Below, one piece after another: positions 61,339 to 64,000 of a DNA stretch of 64,000 bases (its first letter is position 1; the number at the start of each line of letters is the position of its first letter). The stretch covers positions 1,088,001 to 1,152,000 of the forward strand of contig OY970067.1 in assembly GCA_963705305.1 (NCBI GenBank), given 5' to 3'. The position numbers were made by a program, and so were the translations under genes. Under the pieces are notes generated by a model, which ran no database searches, had not been told where the DNA came from, and saw nothing but the letters and a program-made list of their open reading frames with translations. The DNA is from an uncultured Methylomirabilota bacterium (GTDB lineage Bacteria > Methylomirabilota > Methylomirabilia > Methylomirabilales > 2-02-FULL-66-22).

Positions 61339-61770
61339 TTACAGGGCGTACACCACGTCGCCCGTGAGCACTCGAATCCCGGCCTCCTGGAGGATCTGCG
61401 CCGCGCGCTCCGGCTCGTCGAACCGGAAGATGATGACCGCGTGCTCCGCCGCCTTGTGCACGAAGGCGTACATGTACTCCACGTTGATCCCCGCCGTCTC
61501 CAGCGTCCGGAGGACGCGCGCAAGCCCGCCTGGCTGATCCGGTATTTCCAGCGCCACCATCTCGTTGGTGGCAACCGTAAAGCCGTGCTCCTTGAAGGCC
61601 CGCATCGCCTCCTCGGTCCGATTCACGATGAGCCGCAGGATCCCGAAGTCCGCCGTGTCCGCCAGGGAGAGCGCCCGGATGTTGATGCCCGCCTCGGCCA
61701 GGACTGCGGTGATCTCCGCCAGGCGTCCCGAGCGGTTTTCCAAGAAGATCGAAATCTGGATCAGCTTCAT
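61339..61770 (-). CDS. ACT domain protein (tandem ACT, paaK-associated type)
   Basis: QISIFLENRSGRL, GINIRAL, DFGILRL, PDQPGGL, INVEYMY. Confidence 0.9.
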   Translation of the reverse strand: MKLIQISIFLENRSGRLAEITAVLAEAGINIRALSLADTADFGILRLIVNRTEEAMRAFKEHGFTVATNEMVALEIPDQPGGLARVLRTLETAGINVEYMYAFVHKAAEHAVIIFRFDEPERAAQILQEAGIRVLTGDVVYAL

Positions 61771-62102
61771 GACGCCTCCTCCATCGGGGAGCGTTCCGGG
61801 CCGCTGCCTGCGTATCCGGTCCGGAGGGAGACGCACCTCTCATCGTCCGCCGAAGGTATCCCTTGCGCCGGGGGGCGCCCCTCACCGGAATCCGCCGCAG
61901 GCCGGCAAACCGCGCCGCCCGGGATCCCTCCGGGTCCCGGGCCACCCCGCAGGCCCTGGACGTGTTCCATATCGGGGGAGATATGCTGAGCATCAGCCTT
62001 TATCAAAAGCAGGGGAAGGATGCAAGCGGCAAGCGAAAATCCGGCGAAATTTGTGATGGAGTTGAACAGATCTCGGCCCGCCGGCTCCGGCCGGACTGCC
62101 GC

Positions 62103-62777
62103 TCACCGGTCCGGCTGCCGGCGCGATGGGACCCCGCGGGGCTGCGGGCGGCTGGTGCGGACCGTGTGATACGAGAGGGTCTTCAACAGGACCGAGAGGT
62201 CCACGTTCTGGACCTTGACCCCCTCAGGGACCGACAGCTGTGCGGGGGCAAAGTTCAGAATGGCCGTGACTCCCGCTTCCACCAGGAGATCGGCCACCGG
62301 CTGGGCGGATGGCGCCGGAACGGAGAGGACGGCGATTTTCACCCGCCGGCGGCGGACCTGGGCAACCAGCCGAGCCGCATCCTGCACCTCCACGCCGGCG
62401 ATGGTCTGGCCGACCTTGGTGGGCTCCGAATCGAAGGCCAGGCCGATGCGGAAGCCGCGCTCCCGAAAGCCCTTGTAGGCCATCAGGGCGGAGCCGAGAT
62501 TCCCCGCGCCGACGAGCGCCACCTCCCAGTCCTGCTTGAGGCCGAGGATGCGCTCCAGGTTATGCTTCAGCTCGGCAATATGGTAGCCCAGTCCCCGCAC
62601 GCCGAACTGGCCGAAGTAGGCAAGGTCCTTGCGGACCTGCGCCGAATTCAGCCCGAACCGCTCCGCCAGCTCCCTGGAGGAGATGGAGCTGATCCCCGAT
62701 GCCTCCAGTTCTTCCAGGCAGCGCAGATAGATGGAGAGCCGGGTGACCGTCTTCTCGGGGATCTTGGTTGGCTTCAT
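62103..62777 (-). CDS. rex: Redox-sensing transcriptional repressor Rex
   Basis: IPEKTVTRL..Y, ISSREL, QVRKDL.YFG.FG.RG.GY, GAGNLG, ILNFAP. Confidence 0.95.
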   Translation of the reverse strand: MKPTKIPEKTVTRLSIYLRCLEELEASGISSISSRELAERFGLNSAQVRKDLAYFGQFGVRGLGYHIAELKHNLERILGLKQDWEVALVGAGNLGSALMAYKGFRERGFRIGLAFDSEPTKVGQTIAGVEVQDAARLVAQVRRRRVKIAVLSVPAPSAQPVADLLVEAGVTAILNFAPAQLSVPEGVKVQNVDLSVLLKTLSYHTVRTSRPQPRGVPSRRQPDR

Positions 62778-62817
62778 GCGCTTCCCCCACGCCGGTCCGC
62801 GACTCGCCGGGCAGGAC

Positions 62818-64000
62818 TCACCCGAACAGCGCCCCCATCGACCGCAGGGCCACCTCCAGGAACTGGGATGGGAACAGGCCGACGATGAGGGTGCCCCCGG
62901 CGGCCACCAGGACCGCCAGTCCCAGCGCGGGGGACAGCCGCGGTGCCGCCGACTCCGCTCCCGCCGGCGACATGTACATGACCACCGTGACCCGCAAGTA
63001 ATAGAAGGCCGAGACCACGCTGTTCAGCACCCCGATGACGGCCAGGCCGATGTAGTTGGCCTGGATGGCCGCCCCGAAGATGTACAGCTTGCCCATGAAC
63101 CCGCCCGTGGGCGGAATGCCCACCAGCGAGAACATGAACAGGGCCATGGCCGCACCCAGAACCGGGTGCGCGAGGCCCAGGCCGGCGTAGTCGTCGATGG
63201 TCACCCGCTCCCCATCCGTGCGGGCCAGCGCCACGATCACGGCGAAGGCCCCCAGGTTCATGAAGCTATAGGCCAGCAGATAGAACAGGACGCTGGCCCC
63301 GCCCAGCCGCCCGCCGGCAACCAGGGCCACCAGGATGTAGCCGGCGTGGGCGATGGAGCTGTAGGCCAGCATCCGCTTGATATTGGACTGCGCGATGGCC
63401 ACCACGTTGCCGACCGTCATGGTCAGGACGGCTAGGACCCAGAGCACCCGCCCCCAGTCCGGGTGGAGAGATGGCAGGGCGGTGAGCAGAATCCGCAGGA
63501 ACGCCGCAAAGGCGGCCGCCTTGGTGCCCGCGATCATGAACGCCGTCACCGAGGTGGGCGCCCCCTCGTAGACATCGGGGGTCCACATGTGGAAGGGGAC
63601 CGCGGCCACCTTGAAGCCGAAGCCGACGATCAGCAGCCCGGCGCCGATGGTCAGGAGGGCGGGGTTGGCCACCTTTCCCCCGGCCAGCGCCGCCGCCACG
63701 CGGGGCAGGTTGGTGCTGCCTGTCGCGCCGTAGACCAGGGCAATGCCGTACAGGACAAAGCCCGACGCGAAGGCCCCCAGCAGGAGGTACTTCAGCGCCG
63801 ACTCATTGGAGCGGAGCTGCTCCCGGAGGAAGCCCACCAGCACGTACAGCGAGATGGAGAGGGTCTCCAGCCCCAGGAAGATGGTCATGAGATCCTGGCT
63901 GCTGGCCATGATCATCATGCCCAGGGTGGCGAACAGGAGCAGGGCCGAATACTCCCCGGGGTCTATCCCTACGCGCGGGAGGTAGGCCACGGACAGGAGC
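62818..64000 (-). CDS. nuoN: NADH-quinone oxidoreductase subunit N (5' end outside the window)
   Basis: ESALKY, FKVAAVPFHMWTPDVYEGAP, KRMLAYSSIAHAGY, GIPPTGGF.GK. Confidence 0.93.
   Translation of the reverse strand, partial: LLSVAYLPRVGIDPGEYSALLLFATLGMMIMASSQDLMTIFLGLETLSISLYVLVGFLREQLRSNESALKYLLLGAFASGFVLYGIALVYGATGSTNLPRVAAALAGGKVANPALLTIGAGLLIVGFGFKVAAVPFHMWTPDVYEGAPTSVTAFMIAGTKAAAFAAFLRILLTALPSLHPDWGRVLWVLAVLTMTVGNVVAIAQSNIKRMLAYSSIAHAGYILVALVAGGRLGGASVLFYLLAYSFMNLGAFAVIVALARTDGERVTIDDYAGLGLAHPVLGAAMALFMFSLVGIPPTGGFMGKLYIFGAAIQANYIGLAVIGVLNSVVSAFYYLRVTVVMYMSPAGAESAAPRLSPALGLAVLVAAGGTLIVGLFPSQFLEVALRSMGALFG

Overview
High-GC (~70%) bacterial chromosomal segment. The lineage cannot be determined from the window; gene content and repeat style are compatible with a Methylomirabilota- or Desulfobacterota-like organism (inference). 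Most of it is catabolic and housekeeping genes: PLP, TPP and SDR enzymes, gdh plus a PEP/pyruvate-binding protein, two divergent LDH2-family dehydrogenases, hpt, lon/hsp20, a paaK-Liv-type ABC-ACT operon, rex and the 3' part of nuoN. Three non-coding elements stand out. (1) A complete 1,980-nt group II intron (minus strand, 37649-39628, endonuclease-less RT/maturase) sits precisely, with no target duplication, in the terminal motif of a dispersed MITE-like repeat. Its predicted EBS1/EBS2 match that motif, and intron-free copies of the repeat are present in the window. (2) The repeat family has 4 copies and is a modular mosaic of nested palindromic cassettes. (3) An unannotated ~165-nt candidate small RNA (minus, 26247-26411) has a near-consensus sigma70 promoter, a 12-bp 5'/3' closing stem, a U-tail and 13 GGA motifs, i.e. 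a CsrB/RsmZ-like protein sponge with an atypical architecture. Five genes carry single-base frameshifts, four in two recurring sequence contexts, most likely sequencing/consensus errors. No rRNA, tRNA or CRISPR array was seen.
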